Shown here: one piece after another, positions 1 through 10,552 of the stretch
Layout of the letters: each line of letters begins with the position of its first letter
Numbering within the stretch: the first letter of the stretch is position 1
Source: Candidatus Poseidoniales archaeon
GTDB taxonomy: Archaea; Thermoplasmatota; Poseidoniia; Poseidoniales; Poseidoniaceae
Direction: 5' to 3'
Length of the DNA stretch: 64,000 bases
Assembly (NCBI GenBank): GCA_003602415.1
Contig: QQSK01000013.1
Span: 89,929 to 153,928 of the forward strand
Notes under the pieces: model-generated
Databases searched by the model: none
Seen by the model: the letters and a program-made list of their open reading frames with translations, nothing else
What the model was told of the DNA's origin: nothing
Position numbers and translations under genes: made by a program

Positions 1-250
1 ACAATGGCTATTGGATATGGTAGCGAATGGAGGCACCATATTCCTATGCTCTCACGTGCTTGAAATGGCTGAGAGAATGTGTAACAGAATGGCGATTATC
101 AATAATGGGAAAGTATTGGCAGCAGGTACTGTCAAAGGATTGAAAGAAAGCGATGAAGAAACATTGGAAGATGTTTTCATTCGACTCGTAGGTCATTCGA
201 TTGAAGAGGCTGAAAGATTAAGCGATGAAGGAATTGATGAGGAGGAATGA
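1..250 (+). CDS. ABC transporter ATP-binding subunit, C-terminal part (5' truncated by window)
   Basis: TIFLCSHVLEMAERMCNRMAIINNGKVLA = ABC H-loop region; TLEDVFI C-terminal motif. Confidence 0.85.
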   Translation, partial: QWLLDMVANGGTIFLCSHVLEMAERMCNRMAIINNGKVLAAGTVKGLKESDEETLEDVFIRLVGHSIEEAERLSDEGIDEEE

Positions 251-1950
251 ATCTGTCCGCTTCAATATCTAGCAGGGATTGGTCCGAACTCTCGGAAAGG
301 TCAACCTCTAAAGCTCTAGGTTCAGTTGATGGTGGCATGAAATTACACACTCCTTTAGTCGGTTGGCAGGCATTTTCTGCAACCTTCAAAGTGATGTTCA
401 TCGAAGAGTTCAGAGAGAATCTTGATTTCGCAAAGAAAAGACGCATTCTTCTATTCCCTTTACTGGTAGCATTGGTAACTATGGTCGCTACTATTGGATT
501 ACAATTTTTGGTTGGAGAGGGGGCTGCTCAAGGAACGGATTCAATCTCTGATTCCAAAGCATTTTCATGGGGAGAATTACGCTTTGCACTACATCTTCCG
601 TTGCTATTTTTCAGTTTAGGAATGGGTTCATTTGCCTTTCTTGGAAGGGAGAAAGTACTCTCTCGAACTGGGACAAAAAACTACCTTCTAGCATCTCCAG
701 CATTGCAGCCATTGACAAATCCTACGGCACACTTTGCTTACTATGTGAAAGATCTTTCATACTACGTAATGCTGATTCTAACGCCGGTAATTTCTGGAAT
801 GGCAATTGGCATAACACTGGAAAGTTTCACTTCAGTGAATACACCTCTTGAGTTTAGCAGTCTGCCTAGAACTTGGATTGCGATGGTTGTAACATTGGCT
901 CAAGGTCTTGCATTTTCTTTCATCGCCTCATCCCTTTGGCTTCTTGGAGGATGGGTTAGTCGAATAACACCGGTTTTGGTTGTAATTTTAGGGACTTCAA
1001 TCGGTCTTGGGCTATTGCCTAGAGAATATTTCCTGTGGGGATTAGCCACGCAGCAACCAGATGGATTATTGGTTGCTATCCCTGCAATATTCGCCTCGAT
1101 TTTGTTGGCATGGGTCGCATCTCAATTCGTTCAAGATGACTTTGAAGTCAAGGTTATTTCAAAGAAGGAGATTCTAATTCCAGCATACAATCGCTTAGGA
1201 TTTTTGGGCAAAGGTCCACTTCGCTTGTTGGTAGCAAAGGAAGCGGTAGACCTCGTTCGTTCTGGTTCGTTAAAGAAAATGATTGTATCATACTCAGTGC
1301 CATTGATTGTACTACTAATGATGGCTTGGTTAGTGGACTTTGCCGAAGCTCCAATCCCGATTAACCTTCTTTCATATGCACCGTTTCTTGGATTCTTCGG
1401 GTTCAATTTTTACTCATGGTTAACAGCTTTAGACTCACCTGAACACATGAATGGGTTACCTCTCAGCGTTCCGCAATTGATTAGAGCCAAGGTCACAGTT
1501 TACTTCCTAGCAACTACCTGGATATCTGTGATTTTCTTGTGTCTGATGGCATGGAGATTAGATGAATGGGCTGTATTGCCAGTCGGTCTGGTAGTCATGA
1601 TCGCAAACAGTATCTACATCGTTTGTCTAACCGCATTCCTGATGGGGCTTGCTCCCAACAAAGCGATTTTCGATGCTAAAATAATGACTTGGTTTTGGAT
1701 TGGAACCGTAATACCTCTCCTTGCATTATTCCTACTTTCGTTCACTCAAGGCGATGTTTCATTCTACGAGAATTGGGCCGACCAAGTTGGAGACAAAGGG
1801 CTTCAGGCCGAAGCGGTAGAATTTGACAATGCACAAATGGCAGCCGGATTCAAAGGAATCCTTTGGGTAAGTGTAGGTTTAGTGGCTGCAGCAATTTTGT
1901 TGATGAAACTACTTGACCGTAAATGGGGAAGGGCAGAGTTCAACAATTGA
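247..1950 (+). CDS. ABC transporter permease / multi-pass membrane protein
   Basis: More than 10 hydrophobic segments; ATGA overlap with the ATPase stop, GGAGG upstream. Confidence 0.75.
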   Translation: MNLSASISSRDWSELSERSTSKALGSVDGGMKLHTPLVGWQAFSATFKVMFIEEFRENLDFAKKRRILLFPLLVALVTMVATIGLQFLVGEGAAQGTDSISDSKAFSWGELRFALHLPLLFFSLGMGSFAFLGREKVLSRTGTKNYLLASPALQPLTNPTAHFAYYVKDLSYYVMLILTPVISGMAIGITLESFTSVNTPLEFSSLPRTWIAMVVTLAQGLAFSFIASSLWLLGGWVSRITPVLVVILGTSIGLGLLPREYFLWGLATQQPDGLLVAIPAIFASILLAWVASQFVQDDFEVKVISKKEILIPAYNRLGFLGKGPLRLLVAKEAVDLVRSGSLKKMIVSYSVPLIVLLMMAWLVDFAEAPIPINLLSYAPFLGFFGFNFYSWLTALDSPEHMNGLPLSVPQLIRAKVTVYFLATTWISVIFLCLMAWRLDEWAVLPVGLVVMIANSIYIVCLTAFLMGLAPNKAIFDAKIMTWFWIGTVIPLLALFLLSFTQGDVSFYENWADQVGDKGLQAEAVEFDNAQMAAGFKGILWVSVGLVAAAILLMKLLDRKWGRAEFNN

Positions 1951-1968
1951 AACCCTCCGGATGGGCTC

Positions 1969-2514
1969 ATGGGCATGGTAATCGCGGTTAGTGGACTACC
2001 TGCTGCTGGCAAGGGAGAATTTGCCGCAATACTTGCAGAAAATGGCATTCCTGTTCGCTCAATGGGAGACATGGTCAGAGCCGAAGTCAAAGCAAGAGGG
2101 CTTGAGGAAGCACCACATATTTTTGGAGAAGTAGCTACCTTGTTGAGAAAAGAGCATGGTGATGATGTTCTTGCTCATCGATTGACAGACGCTGTTGATG
2201 AATTGCTAAAAGACAATTCAATCGTCTTAATCGAAGGCCTGAGAGGTACTGCGGAAAGAGAAGTATTCTGTTCACATTGGGGTGATAATTTCGTCATCGT
2301 CGCCATCACTGCTTCCAAACAATTGAGATTTGAAAGAGTCCAATCCCGTGCACGCTCCGAGGATGGAGATTTGTCGGATTTAGAGGCCAGAGATTTACGG
2401 GAAACAGGCTGGGGATTAGACGTGATAATTCAAGAGGCTAATTTTTCATTCTCGAATGAATCAAATCTAGAGGATTTGAAGAAGGAAGTTTCGGCTTGGC
2501 TGGATAACCTGTGA
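1969..2514 (+). CDS. P-loop nucleotide kinase, archaeal dephospho-CoA-kinase-like (COG0237/UPF0200) family
   Basis: Walker A GLPAAGKG, SMGDMVR, IEGLR, RFERVQSRAR. Confidence 0.75.
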   Translation: MGMVIAVSGLPAAGKGEFAAILAENGIPVRSMGDMVRAEVKARGLEEAPHIFGEVATLLRKEHGDDVLAHRLTDAVDELLKDNSIVLIEGLRGTAEREVFCSHWGDNFVIVAITASKQLRFERVQSRARSEDGDLSDLEARDLRETGWGLDVIIQEANFSFSNESNLEDLKKEVSAWLDNL

Positions 2515-2536
2515 GAGGGCCCGTAGGGCCCCTCAC
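2511..2536. promoter_or_regulatory. GC-rich intergenic hairpin
   Basis: GTGAG-A-GGGCCC GTA GGGCCC-CTCAC inverted repeat. Confidence 0.5.
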
Positions 2537-2594
2537 AATGGCGAAAGGTCATAACCGAGGCTAACTGTGTCTTGGGTGTCAGGGGGTTCTACAT

Positions 2595-4118
2595 ATGGCA
2601 AGAAAGGGTGGTAGTAGTCAGAAAAGACAGCGTAACCAACAACGTGCAATGTATGATGAACTCGACAAATATCCAGTCATGCCTCCACATGCATTCGCAA
2701 GAATTGTTCGTGATAAGAGGACACTGAATATCATTTACCAGATTATTGAGCCTCCTTTGAATAAGAAGGAACAGGAATGGAGAGATGAATTGCTAGATAT
2801 TTTCATTCGTTCCCTAACCGCTAATATCGAAGAGATTGATGCAGATCCAACCGCTTACCTACGTACTGCTATGGATAAAGTCATCAAGGCTTATGGTATG
2901 AAAATCAACAAGAAATCCAAGTCCAAATTATTCTACTATCTGCGAAGAGACTTGGTAGGATATGGTAAGATGGATGTTCTGATGAATGATGCGAACGTGG
3001 AAGACGTATCTTTAGACGGTACCAATGTCCCAATTTTCGCATATCACAGAAAGTTCGAATCTGTTGAAACAACCTGCGTCTGGGAAACAGATGAGGAATT
3101 AGAATCGTATGTTATTAAACTCGCACAGCGTTGTGGTAAGCACATTTCCGTAGCTGACCCACTACTGGATGCTACGCTGATGGATGGTTCAAGAATTGTC
3201 ATGAAACTTGGTCGTGAAGTTTCGACCAGAGGTTCAGCATTTTGTATTCGAAGATTCAAGGACGACCCGTTCTCGCCTTGTGACATCATCGCTTTCCGAA
3301 CCCTTTCCTCATTGATGGGTGCATACCTTTGGGTTGCGTTCCAGAATGAAGTTCCAATGCTATTCGTAGGTGGTACTGCTTCAGGAAAGACAACCACTCT
3401 GAACGCAATGTGTATTTTCATTCCTTGGCAGATGAAGATTGTAAGTATCGAATCTACCCGTGAAGTAAACATCCCTCAGCCAAACTGGGTCCCAGGTCTA
3501 ACTAGACAGGGATTCGGTGGTGAATCCAACGAAGGAGAGATTGGAGAATTCGAGTTACTCAAAGCGGCTCTTCGTGAGCGACCTGAATACATCATTGTGG
3601 GTGAAATTCGTGGTGCTGAAGCGTATGTTCTGTTCCAGGCAATGGCTACTGGCCACTGTGCATATTCAACTGTGCACGCTGACTCTGTACCTTCACTAGT
3701 ACACAGATTGGAGAACAAACCGATCGATATTCCTCGTGTATTGCTACCTGCTCTGGAAGCATGTGTAATTCAAATTCAGACTCGTATCAATGGACGACGT
3801 GTTAGAAGAAGCAAGCAAATTGTCGAGATTGTTGGAATCGATCCAAACTCTTTGGAAGTAATCACCAATGAGGTATTCCGATGGAATGTTGCAAATGATG
3901 ATTTCATATTCTCTGGAAAATCTTACGTTCTTGAGAAGATCATGGTCAAAATCAACTACAGTCAAGATGAGATGAGAAGGGAATTGAGAACCCGTAAGCG
4001 TATCTTGGAATGGATGGTTTTGAACGATATTAGAAAAGCAGACCAAGTGAGTCAAATTATCACTGAGTATTACGTAAGACCTCATGAGATTTTGGCTCGT
4101 GTAGATGGTCTACGTTGA
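2595..4118 (+). CDS. Type IV pilus / archaellum-like assembly ATPase (VirB11/TadA/ArlI family)
   Basis: GGTASGKTT, LLKAALRERPEYIIVGEIRG, AMATGH, STVHA motifs. Confidence 0.92.
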   Translation: MARKGGSSQKRQRNQQRAMYDELDKYPVMPPHAFARIVRDKRTLNIIYQIIEPPLNKKEQEWRDELLDIFIRSLTANIEEIDADPTAYLRTAMDKVIKAYGMKINKKSKSKLFYYLRRDLVGYGKMDVLMNDANVEDVSLDGTNVPIFAYHRKFESVETTCVWETDEELESYVIKLAQRCGKHISVADPLLDATLMDGSRIVMKLGREVSTRGSAFCIRRFKDDPFSPCDIIAFRTLSSLMGAYLWVAFQNEVPMLFVGGTASGKTTTLNAMCIFIPWQMKIVSIESTREVNIPQPNWVPGLTRQGFGGESNEGEIGEFELLKAALRERPEYIIVGEIRGAEAYVLFQAMATGHCAYSTVHADSVPSLVHRLENKPIDIPRVLLPALEACVIQIQTRINGRRVRRSKQIVEIVGIDPNSLEVITNEVFRWNVANDDFIFSGKSYVLEKIMVKINYSQDEMRRELRTRKRILEWMVLNDIRKADQVSQIITEYYVRPHEILARVDGLR

Positions 4119-4139
4119 TTACGGCTAGGAGGCATACTG

Positions 4140-5159
4140 ATGGAGTTAACCGCATGGCAGAAGATATGTCATCGTATTCTAGGTCGTGCTTTCAAGAAAA
4201 AAGCTCGTAATGACCAGAAATTATCCGATGATTTGGTTAAAGGAAACATGCCTATCATGCCAGAGGTTTACCTTGCCCAAGTATTCGTTACCACAGTCGC
4301 AGTTTCGATAATTTGTGGTATGCTGCTAACAGCGGTATTTTTGCCAGATATTGGATTGATTGCTTGGTATGAATCTAGGCCGGATAGCGCTTATGCTTTG
4401 GCTTGTTTCGAATGGGAGTATTGGAATGCGGATCTTGTAGATGAGACATTAGAAAGTCGAGGTTGCCCATATTTCCAATACATGGAGTTCCCATTCTTTG
4501 CTAAGATTCTGATACCATTTATTCTAGGCTTTGTCGCACCATTTGGGACTTACAAATACCTCAAAGGTTCCGCAGCAAGAGCTGCCAAGTTGCGTGGAGT
4601 CGCTCTTGAAAAATACCTACCATATGCAGCATCTTACACCGCTGCAATGGCGGCTGCAAACGCAACACCTCACAAGATTTTCAAGTCTCTAGCATTGAAC
4701 GGCGACATCTATGGTGAAATCGCTTATGATTCTTCGATGATATATCGGGATGTATCATTACTGGGATTCGATCTTCTAACCGCCATGAAAATGGCAGTAG
4801 ATAGAGCGGCATCTCCATGGATGACAGAATTCTTCCAGGGAATGGTTGGAACATTGACTGCTGGAGGTTCATTGAAACTGTACTTCCTAAATCGTGCTGA
4901 ACACTACATGCGTGAAAATAGAACACGCTTACATGAATTCCTTGAATCTCTTGCTATGCTTGCGGAATCATATGTTGTGGTAGCGGTTGCTATGCCTCTG
5001 TTCCTGATCGTTATGCTGGTCATTATGTTCTGGGTTAGCGGTGCTGGTGCTCAAATGGAAGAGAGCACTCTGTATGCAGTTGTATTGTTGGTACTTCCAA
5101 TGATTCACGCAATGTTCGCATTCATAGTATGGTCGTCTAGTGAAGAGCAAAAAATGTGA
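4140..5159 (+). CDS. Type IV pilus membrane platform protein (TadC/T2SS-F family)
   Basis: EKYLPYAASY...SPWMTEFFQGMVGTLTAGGSL; TM segments; follows the ATPase. Confidence 0.85.
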   Translation: MELTAWQKICHRILGRAFKKKARNDQKLSDDLVKGNMPIMPEVYLAQVFVTTVAVSIICGMLLTAVFLPDIGLIAWYESRPDSAYALACFEWEYWNADLVDETLESRGCPYFQYMEFPFFAKILIPFILGFVAPFGTYKYLKGSAARAAKLRGVALEKYLPYAASYTAAMAAANATPHKIFKSLALNGDIYGEIAYDSSMIYRDVSLLGFDLLTAMKMAVDRAASPWMTEFFQGMVGTLTAGGSLKLYFLNRAEHYMRENRTRLHEFLESLAMLAESYVVVAVAMPLFLIVMLVIMFWVSGAGAQMEESTLYAVVLLVLPMIHAMFAFIVWSSSEEQKM

Positions 5160-5174
5160 TGAGGAGGTGAGAAT

Positions 5175-6689
5175 ATGGCGCGTAAAAAGAAGGAGAAAAT
5201 AATCGTCAAACTCGACCTTCCTAAAGACGATTCAACTCTGACCAAATTGTACGCTATTCTTGCAGTCAGCATTTTCTTAGGTCTCGCATCATTCACATTT
5301 TGGGTTACCAATTCTCACTTTACGACCGCTCCGAACGGTCAACCATTGTTCGTCAACACGGTTTGCAAATATGACCCAAATTACATTCCTACCTTCGTAG
5401 ACAATGAGTCATGTCCTATTCTCAAAGACGAACCTGATATTTTGGTCATGGAGCCTGAAGATAATTGGATGGAGTTTTTACGACTAGGTCAGATGTTTGA
5501 TGTTCCAGGAATGGATGAGAACATTTCAGATGTAAGACCTCCACAGCCTTTGGTTGGAACATGTGATGTTGAGACAGCAGTTCCATCTGATTATTCATTC
5601 ATATTGTATGACCCTGAAGGTAAAGAAATCGCTAGATATAGCGGTAATACATATGCCAATGGCGACAAATGTGAACTGTTCGTTGATAATATGGAAAAAG
5701 GCAATCTCTACCAATTAGTGATCATTTCAGAAGAAGAGGTTCAAGATGCTACTTATCGTTTGGAAATGGATTATTACGATGGTGTTCCTGAAAATATGAA
5801 TAACAAATCTCAATGGATTGGTCCTGAAGTAAATCTTGGTGGGCTATCTCTTAGACCAACCATTTTCTTGAACTTCTTCGGAATTGGTTTCTTCATAACT
5901 TTCTGGCCAGCTTCATTTTACTGGGACAAGGTGAAAGAGAAGACAAACCGTATGGAAGAAAAATTCCCTGATTTCCTAAGGGACCTTGCAGAATATTGGA
6001 AAGGAGGTTTGTCCATGACAGTGGCGGTTCAAACCTTGGCGACGAGTGAATACGGTGCGCTGAATCACGAAGTTAAGAAAATGAGTGACCAATTATCTTG
6101 GGGTGTAGCATTCGGTGATGTTATCGAAATGTTCGCAGCAAGAGTCGGTACGCCTCTAGTTCAACGTGCAATTTCATTGATATCTGAAGCGAATAGAGCT
6201 GGAGGTAAAATTTCGGACATTCTTGTTACTGCGGCAAACGATAGCCGTGAAATCAAGTTCCTAGAAGGTGAACGTAAACGTTCGATTTCGTCTTATATTT
6301 CGGTTATTTGGACTTCATATGGGGTTTTCCTAGGTGTTATTGTAGTTCTAGCTAAGGTCTTCATTCCTGCTATTGCAGGTTCAAACTCCGAACCAGGAGA
6401 TGATGGTGATGCAGGAGGAGGCCAACAATTGGGTAACATGGTTATTCGTAACATTGAGCCCCTGTTCTTCTTGACTATTTTCTACTATGGAGTAACAATG
6501 CAAGCATTAGGAAACGGTTCGATGGCAGGTCTTATGGCAACGGGTCGCTTTACAAGTGGAATGAAGCACTCTGGATTGATGATTCTAATGGCAATTCTTT
6601 GTTTCAACATCATTGTATTCTCTCCTGATTTGATTGGAATTACAACATTACCTGCCCTCAAACCGGCAGCAGGAACATTCTCACCTTGA
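5175..6689 (+). CDS. Second TadC/T2SS-F family platform protein with large extracellular insertion
   Basis: MEEKFPDFLRDLAE...YGALNHEVKKM...EANRAGGKISDIL. Confidence 0.88.
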   Translation: MARKKKEKIIVKLDLPKDDSTLTKLYAILAVSIFLGLASFTFWVTNSHFTTAPNGQPLFVNTVCKYDPNYIPTFVDNESCPILKDEPDILVMEPEDNWMEFLRLGQMFDVPGMDENISDVRPPQPLVGTCDVETAVPSDYSFILYDPEGKEIARYSGNTYANGDKCELFVDNMEKGNLYQLVIISEEEVQDATYRLEMDYYDGVPENMNNKSQWIGPEVNLGGLSLRPTIFLNFFGIGFFITFWPASFYWDKVKEKTNRMEEKFPDFLRDLAEYWKGGLSMTVAVQTLATSEYGALNHEVKKMSDQLSWGVAFGDVIEMFAARVGTPLVQRAISLISEANRAGGKISDILVTAANDSREIKFLEGERKRSISSYISVIWTSYGVFLGVIVVLAKVFIPAIAGSNSEPGDDGDAGGGQQLGNMVIRNIEPLFFLTIFYYGVTMQALGNGSMAGLMATGRFTSGMKHSGLMILMAILCFNIIVFSPDLIGITTLPALKPAAGTFSP

Positions 6690-6699
6690 GGTGGAAAAC

Positions 6700-7137
6700 G
6701 TGCAAAATGACGAAAACGCACAAATTCACATTCTTGAAATGTTGACTTTGTTTTGGCTTTTTTTCATGACAGCTGCGTTTCTAATCACGGTTCACGTTCC
6801 TGATGAAATGAGTATTTCAGTCGATGCCGAGATGAAATTTGCAGGTGAAGATGCAATCAATTTGGGATTAGCCACACCTGCTCAAAGTAGCGATTATGAT
6901 TCGAGATTAGCAGAAATGTTGGCTAGCGGGCAAACCGATGAAGCATGTGAAATGGTACAAAATTATCTTGCTAACGGCATTGAAGCAAATTGTTGGTTAG
7001 CCAAAGACTCGGGCACTTTACAACCACATGGCGAAGTTGCAACTCCAGGTTCAAGCACTATTGCTGCACATGGAATGGTTGCAGTAGACGGACATCTTTG
7101 GACCATTACTCTAGATCTTTGGGAGCGTGGTTCATAA
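6700..7137 (+). CDS. Putative minor pilin (class III signal peptide)
   Basis: GTG start after GAGGTGG; ENA|QIHILE plus hydrophobic helix; in the pilus operon. Confidence 0.65.
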   Translation: MQNDENAQIHILEMLTLFWLFFMTAAFLITVHVPDEMSISVDAEMKFAGEDAINLGLATPAQSSDYDSRLAEMLASGQTDEACEMVQNYLANGIEANCWLAKDSGTLQPHGEVATPGSSTIAAHGMVAVDGHLWTITLDLWERGS

Positions 7138-7571
7138 TGAAGACCAGCCAAAAAGATGAGCGTGGTCAAATGCTTCTTGCCACCGGTGTAGTTTTGATGA
7201 TGTCTCTACTATCCATGGCAATCTTTGGTGTCAAAATGGCCGGTATTTCAATGCCATATGACACAGCAGGAGATGATACAATACAAGCCTCATCCGATTT
7301 GGCTGCAAACCTACCAGCACTCACAGAATCAAGGGCACAAATCTGGTATGATGCCGGACTTAGCGAGATTGAAAGTGTTGAGAAATCGATAGAGTCTTTG
7401 CATGATGATGTCCTTCACCATGGAGAAATACGAGGTGTCGAATTGAAATTACTCAATATTACAGTATCAGATTCTGACGGTATCATCACAGTCAGTACCG
7501 AATTAGGAGCTGCGGATAGAAATTCGATGCTCACTCGAATAATCTCATTCGAAATCGATTTGGATAGTTGA
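7137..7571 (+). CDS. Putative minor pilin (class III signal peptide)
   Basis: MKTSQKDERG|QMLLATGVVLMMSLL; TAATG coupling to the upstream ORF. Confidence 0.72.
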   Translation: MKTSQKDERGQMLLATGVVLMMSLLSMAIFGVKMAGISMPYDTAGDDTIQASSDLAANLPALTESRAQIWYDAGLSEIESVEKSIESLHDDVLHHGEIRGVELKLLNITVSDSDGIITVSTELGAADRNSMLTRIISFEIDLDS

Positions 7572-8234
7572 TCAGTGAGTCTTTCTCCACTCATTCCAAG
7601 CAAGGTCTAGCCAATGGTTTACCTTTGCTAAACTATCCTTTGTCAATGTAGGGTCTAATGTATTCCAGTCTGCAATTCTTGCTTTATCCTTCAATGAATC
7701 TTGAATTGAGCGTATTCTTGGAAGTGCAGAGATGTATCTATCCGCATTCCTGAAAGAATGACTCTCCCTTTGTTTGAGGAAACTTGTGTGTTTTTCCTTA
7801 TCTTCTACATGCATTACAATACCGATAGCAATGCCTCCTGAGTTCCTCCATGCTCGTAAAAGACGAGAACTAGGTTCGAGGTGAACTCCTTCTAGAATCA
7901 AATCAATTCCTTCTCTTTGGGCTCTTTCAATCGTAGCCAAGACTCCTGACTCTACCGCCTTACAGGTATCTTGCCAGTCCAATACCGCATCTCCAGATTC
8001 TCCCTTTGAGAATGATGAGCGGTGTAATGCATGATTTTCAGTAGTATCTACAACTCGCATTATTTCTCTAATGGCATCGGTTGAAAGAAGTCTTGCAAAA
8101 GAGTGCTCATTAGCAATTTTCACCGCAGTAGTTGATTTTCCAACTCCGGTTGCCCCTGCTATCAGAATTAGAATAGGCGGGCGCCCTGTGACCTTTGTTG
8201 TCGTTGCATCAGCGATACCAATCCGCTTCGCCAT
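7572..8234 (-). CDS. 2-phosphoglycerate kinase-like P-loop kinase
   Basis: ILIAGATGVGKST, LSTDAIREIMR, ILEGVHL. Confidence 0.8.
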   Translation of the reverse strand: MAKRIGIADATTTKVTGRPPILILIAGATGVGKSTTAVKIANEHSFARLLSTDAIREIMRVVDTTENHALHRSSFSKGESGDAVLDWQDTCKAVESGVLATIERAQREGIDLILEGVHLEPSSRLLRAWRNSGGIAIGIVMHVEDKEKHTSFLKQRESHSFRNADRYISALPRIRSIQDSLKDKARIADWNTLDPTLTKDSLAKVNHWLDLAWNEWRKTH

Positions 8235-8314
8235 CAGAGCCGGCTATGCTTGCTTGCTAAAGAAGACAACCCCCAACGGGAGAGGCTTTGAGGCAGTTCC
8301 TACTCGCCTAGGTC

Positions 8315-9751
8315 ATGGCGAGCGAACAGATGTTGATTGCAGGTGAATGGTGTGATGCTGAAGATGGGGCTACGGCAGACGTATTGAATCCAGCTACTGG
8401 AGAAGTAATTGCAACAACTCCAAAGGCGACCATCAATGATGTTGAGAGATGCGTATCTGCATCAAGAGAGGCATTGAACTCCAAAGACTGGGCTGCAATG
8501 GACCCAGCACAACGCGGACGCATCTTGCAGAAAATGGCCGCAGCGACCTATGCTAACGCCAAGAGTTTGGCTGCATTGGAATCATCAAATAACGGCAAGA
8601 CATTCAGAGAAGCATTGAGTGAGATCCGTTATGGAGCATGGACTCTGGAATATTTCGCTGGCTTATCTGACAAAATAGAAGGTAGCACAATACCTGTCCC
8701 AGGCAATCGTCTAAATTACACACTTAGACAACCTCTTGGAGTAACCGCACATATTGTTCCTTGGAATTTCCCACTTCAACTGGCTATTCGTTCAATCGCT
8801 CCTGCACTGGCTGCAGGATGTACTGTCATAGCCAAGCCAGCATCTTGGACTCCTCTTTCATTGATTGCATGGGCTAAGGCTATGCAAGAAGCAGAGGTAG
8901 GCTTGCCGGCAGACGTTTTGCAAGTAATCACAGGTTCTGGTGGATTAATTGGAGATGCTTTAGCCGGTCATTCAGGCGTTGATGGAATCGTATTGACTGG
9001 CGGAGTTCCAACAGGACAGGCGGTAATGGCCAAGGCAAGTGAAAACCTGACTCCAGTAACTCTTGAGTTGGGAGGTAAGGGTGCTAATATCGTATTCGCA
9101 GATGCTAATTTACGCCATTGTGCAAAGGCGATTTGCTTTGGTATTTTCATGAATGCTGGACAAATGTGCTGGGCTGGTTCGAGATTGATTGTTCATGAAG
9201 ACGTCCATGACGAATTGGTTGAAGCAGTAGTTGCCGAGATTTCTAAGTGGCCTGTAGGTCCTGGTATGGAAGAAGGCGTAAGGATGGGCAGTATGGTTCA
9301 CACAACACATCGCGACGATGTTCTGGCAATGCTTGCTAAGGGATTGGAGCAAGGCGGAGAAGTGGTATGTGGTGGAAACGCCTTAGACCGTGATGGCGCA
9401 TTTATGGAAGCAACAGTAGTAACCGGCGTTACCAGTGATAATCTACTATTCCAAGAGGAATTGTTTGGCCCTGTTCTTGCAGTCACCAAATTCAGTGAGG
9501 ATTCAGAAGCATTAGCACTTGCAAACGATACTCCATTCGGGTTGTTGAATGGTGTTTGGACCAACAATCTTTCTCGCGCTCACAGATTTGCTAGAGATGT
9601 AGAATCAGGAATGGTTAGTATCAATGAATACCCAATCACTTTCCCCCAAACCGCTTTCACAGGTTGGAAGCACTCGGGAATCGGTATAGAACAATCGAAA
9701 GATGCTCTAAACTTCTACACTAAAGTCAAGAATGTCAACGTCAAGCTTTGA
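8315..9751 (+). CDS. NAD-dependent aldehyde dehydrogenase
   Basis: PWNFP, LELGGK, NAGQMC, EELFGPV. Confidence 0.95.
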   Translation: MASEQMLIAGEWCDAEDGATADVLNPATGEVIATTPKATINDVERCVSASREALNSKDWAAMDPAQRGRILQKMAAATYANAKSLAALESSNNGKTFREALSEIRYGAWTLEYFAGLSDKIEGSTIPVPGNRLNYTLRQPLGVTAHIVPWNFPLQLAIRSIAPALAAGCTVIAKPASWTPLSLIAWAKAMQEAEVGLPADVLQVITGSGGLIGDALAGHSGVDGIVLTGGVPTGQAVMAKASENLTPVTLELGGKGANIVFADANLRHCAKAICFGIFMNAGQMCWAGSRLIVHEDVHDELVEAVVAEISKWPVGPGMEEGVRMGSMVHTTHRDDVLAMLAKGLEQGGEVVCGGNALDRDGAFMEATVVTGVTSDNLLFQEELFGPVLAVTKFSEDSEALALANDTPFGLLNGVWTNNLSRAHRFARDVESGMVSINEYPITFPQTAFTGWKHSGIGIEQSKDALNFYTKVKNVNVKL

Positions 9752-9760
9752 GGTGGATAG

Positions 9761-10552
9761 ATGAGTGTTTCATTCAGTGACATGGGTCATGGAGTACGTT
9801 TGGTTCGTTTTTCAGGCCAATCGGCTACCCAGTCGTTCTCAAGAGCATTCTTGCCGGAGATTGCTAAAGCTATAAATTCGGGTTTATCTGATTCTGAAGT
9901 CAAAGCGATGGTGCTTACCGGGGAAGGCAAGTTTTTCTCAGCAGGCGCAGATATCTCAGCATTTCAAAAATCGATAGATGATGGAGATAGTGTAGAATTG
10001 ATTAGAGAGTTAACAGATATTCTTCATCCGTTACTAATCAAGATGAGAACTTCGAAAACCATCATAGTTGCAGCCCTAAATGGTGCTTCAGCAGGGGGCG
10101 GTCTTGGATTAGCACTTGCATGTGATGCACGGGTTGCCAGTTCGCAAGGCAGAATGGCAGCTTCATATTCAGGGATTGGTCTTTCTCCAGATGGAGGCAC
10201 AACCTGGCTGTTGCCAAGACTTGTTGGTGAACAAGTTGCAAGGAAATTTTTCTTTGAAAATCAAATATGGAGTGCAGATGAAGCGTGCAAACTTGGAGCA
10301 ATAGACGAAGTAGTCAGTGAAGAATCTCTAATCGACAGGGCTATCGAAATTGCGAACAACTGGTCACGGTGGGGAAGTCATACTAAAGAGGCGACTAAGC
10401 ATCTATTATTGGCACAAAATGTGAATGACTTTGAAACTCATTTGAAACACGAACAAACGCTGATTGAAGCGGCAGGAACAACTGCTGCTTTTGCTGAAGG
10501 AGTGGATGCATTCCTGAACAAACGCAAGCCTGATTTTTCAAACGATAGGTGA
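9761..10552 (+). CDS. Enoyl-CoA hydratase/isomerase (PaaG-like crotonase)
   Basis: FFSAGADI, GGGLGLALACD, GLSPDGGTTWLLPRLVG (Asp motif of the PaaG type). Confidence 0.85.
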   Translation: MSVSFSDMGHGVRLVRFSGQSATQSFSRAFLPEIAKAINSGLSDSEVKAMVLTGEGKFFSAGADISAFQKSIDDGDSVELIRELTDILHPLLIKMRTSKTIIVAALNGASAGGGLGLALACDARVASSQGRMAASYSGIGLSPDGGTTWLLPRLVGEQVARKFFFENQIWSADEACKLGAIDEVVSEESLIDRAIEIANNWSRWGSHTKEATKHLLLAQNVNDFETHLKHEQTLIEAAGTTAAFAEGVDAFLNKRKPDFSNDR

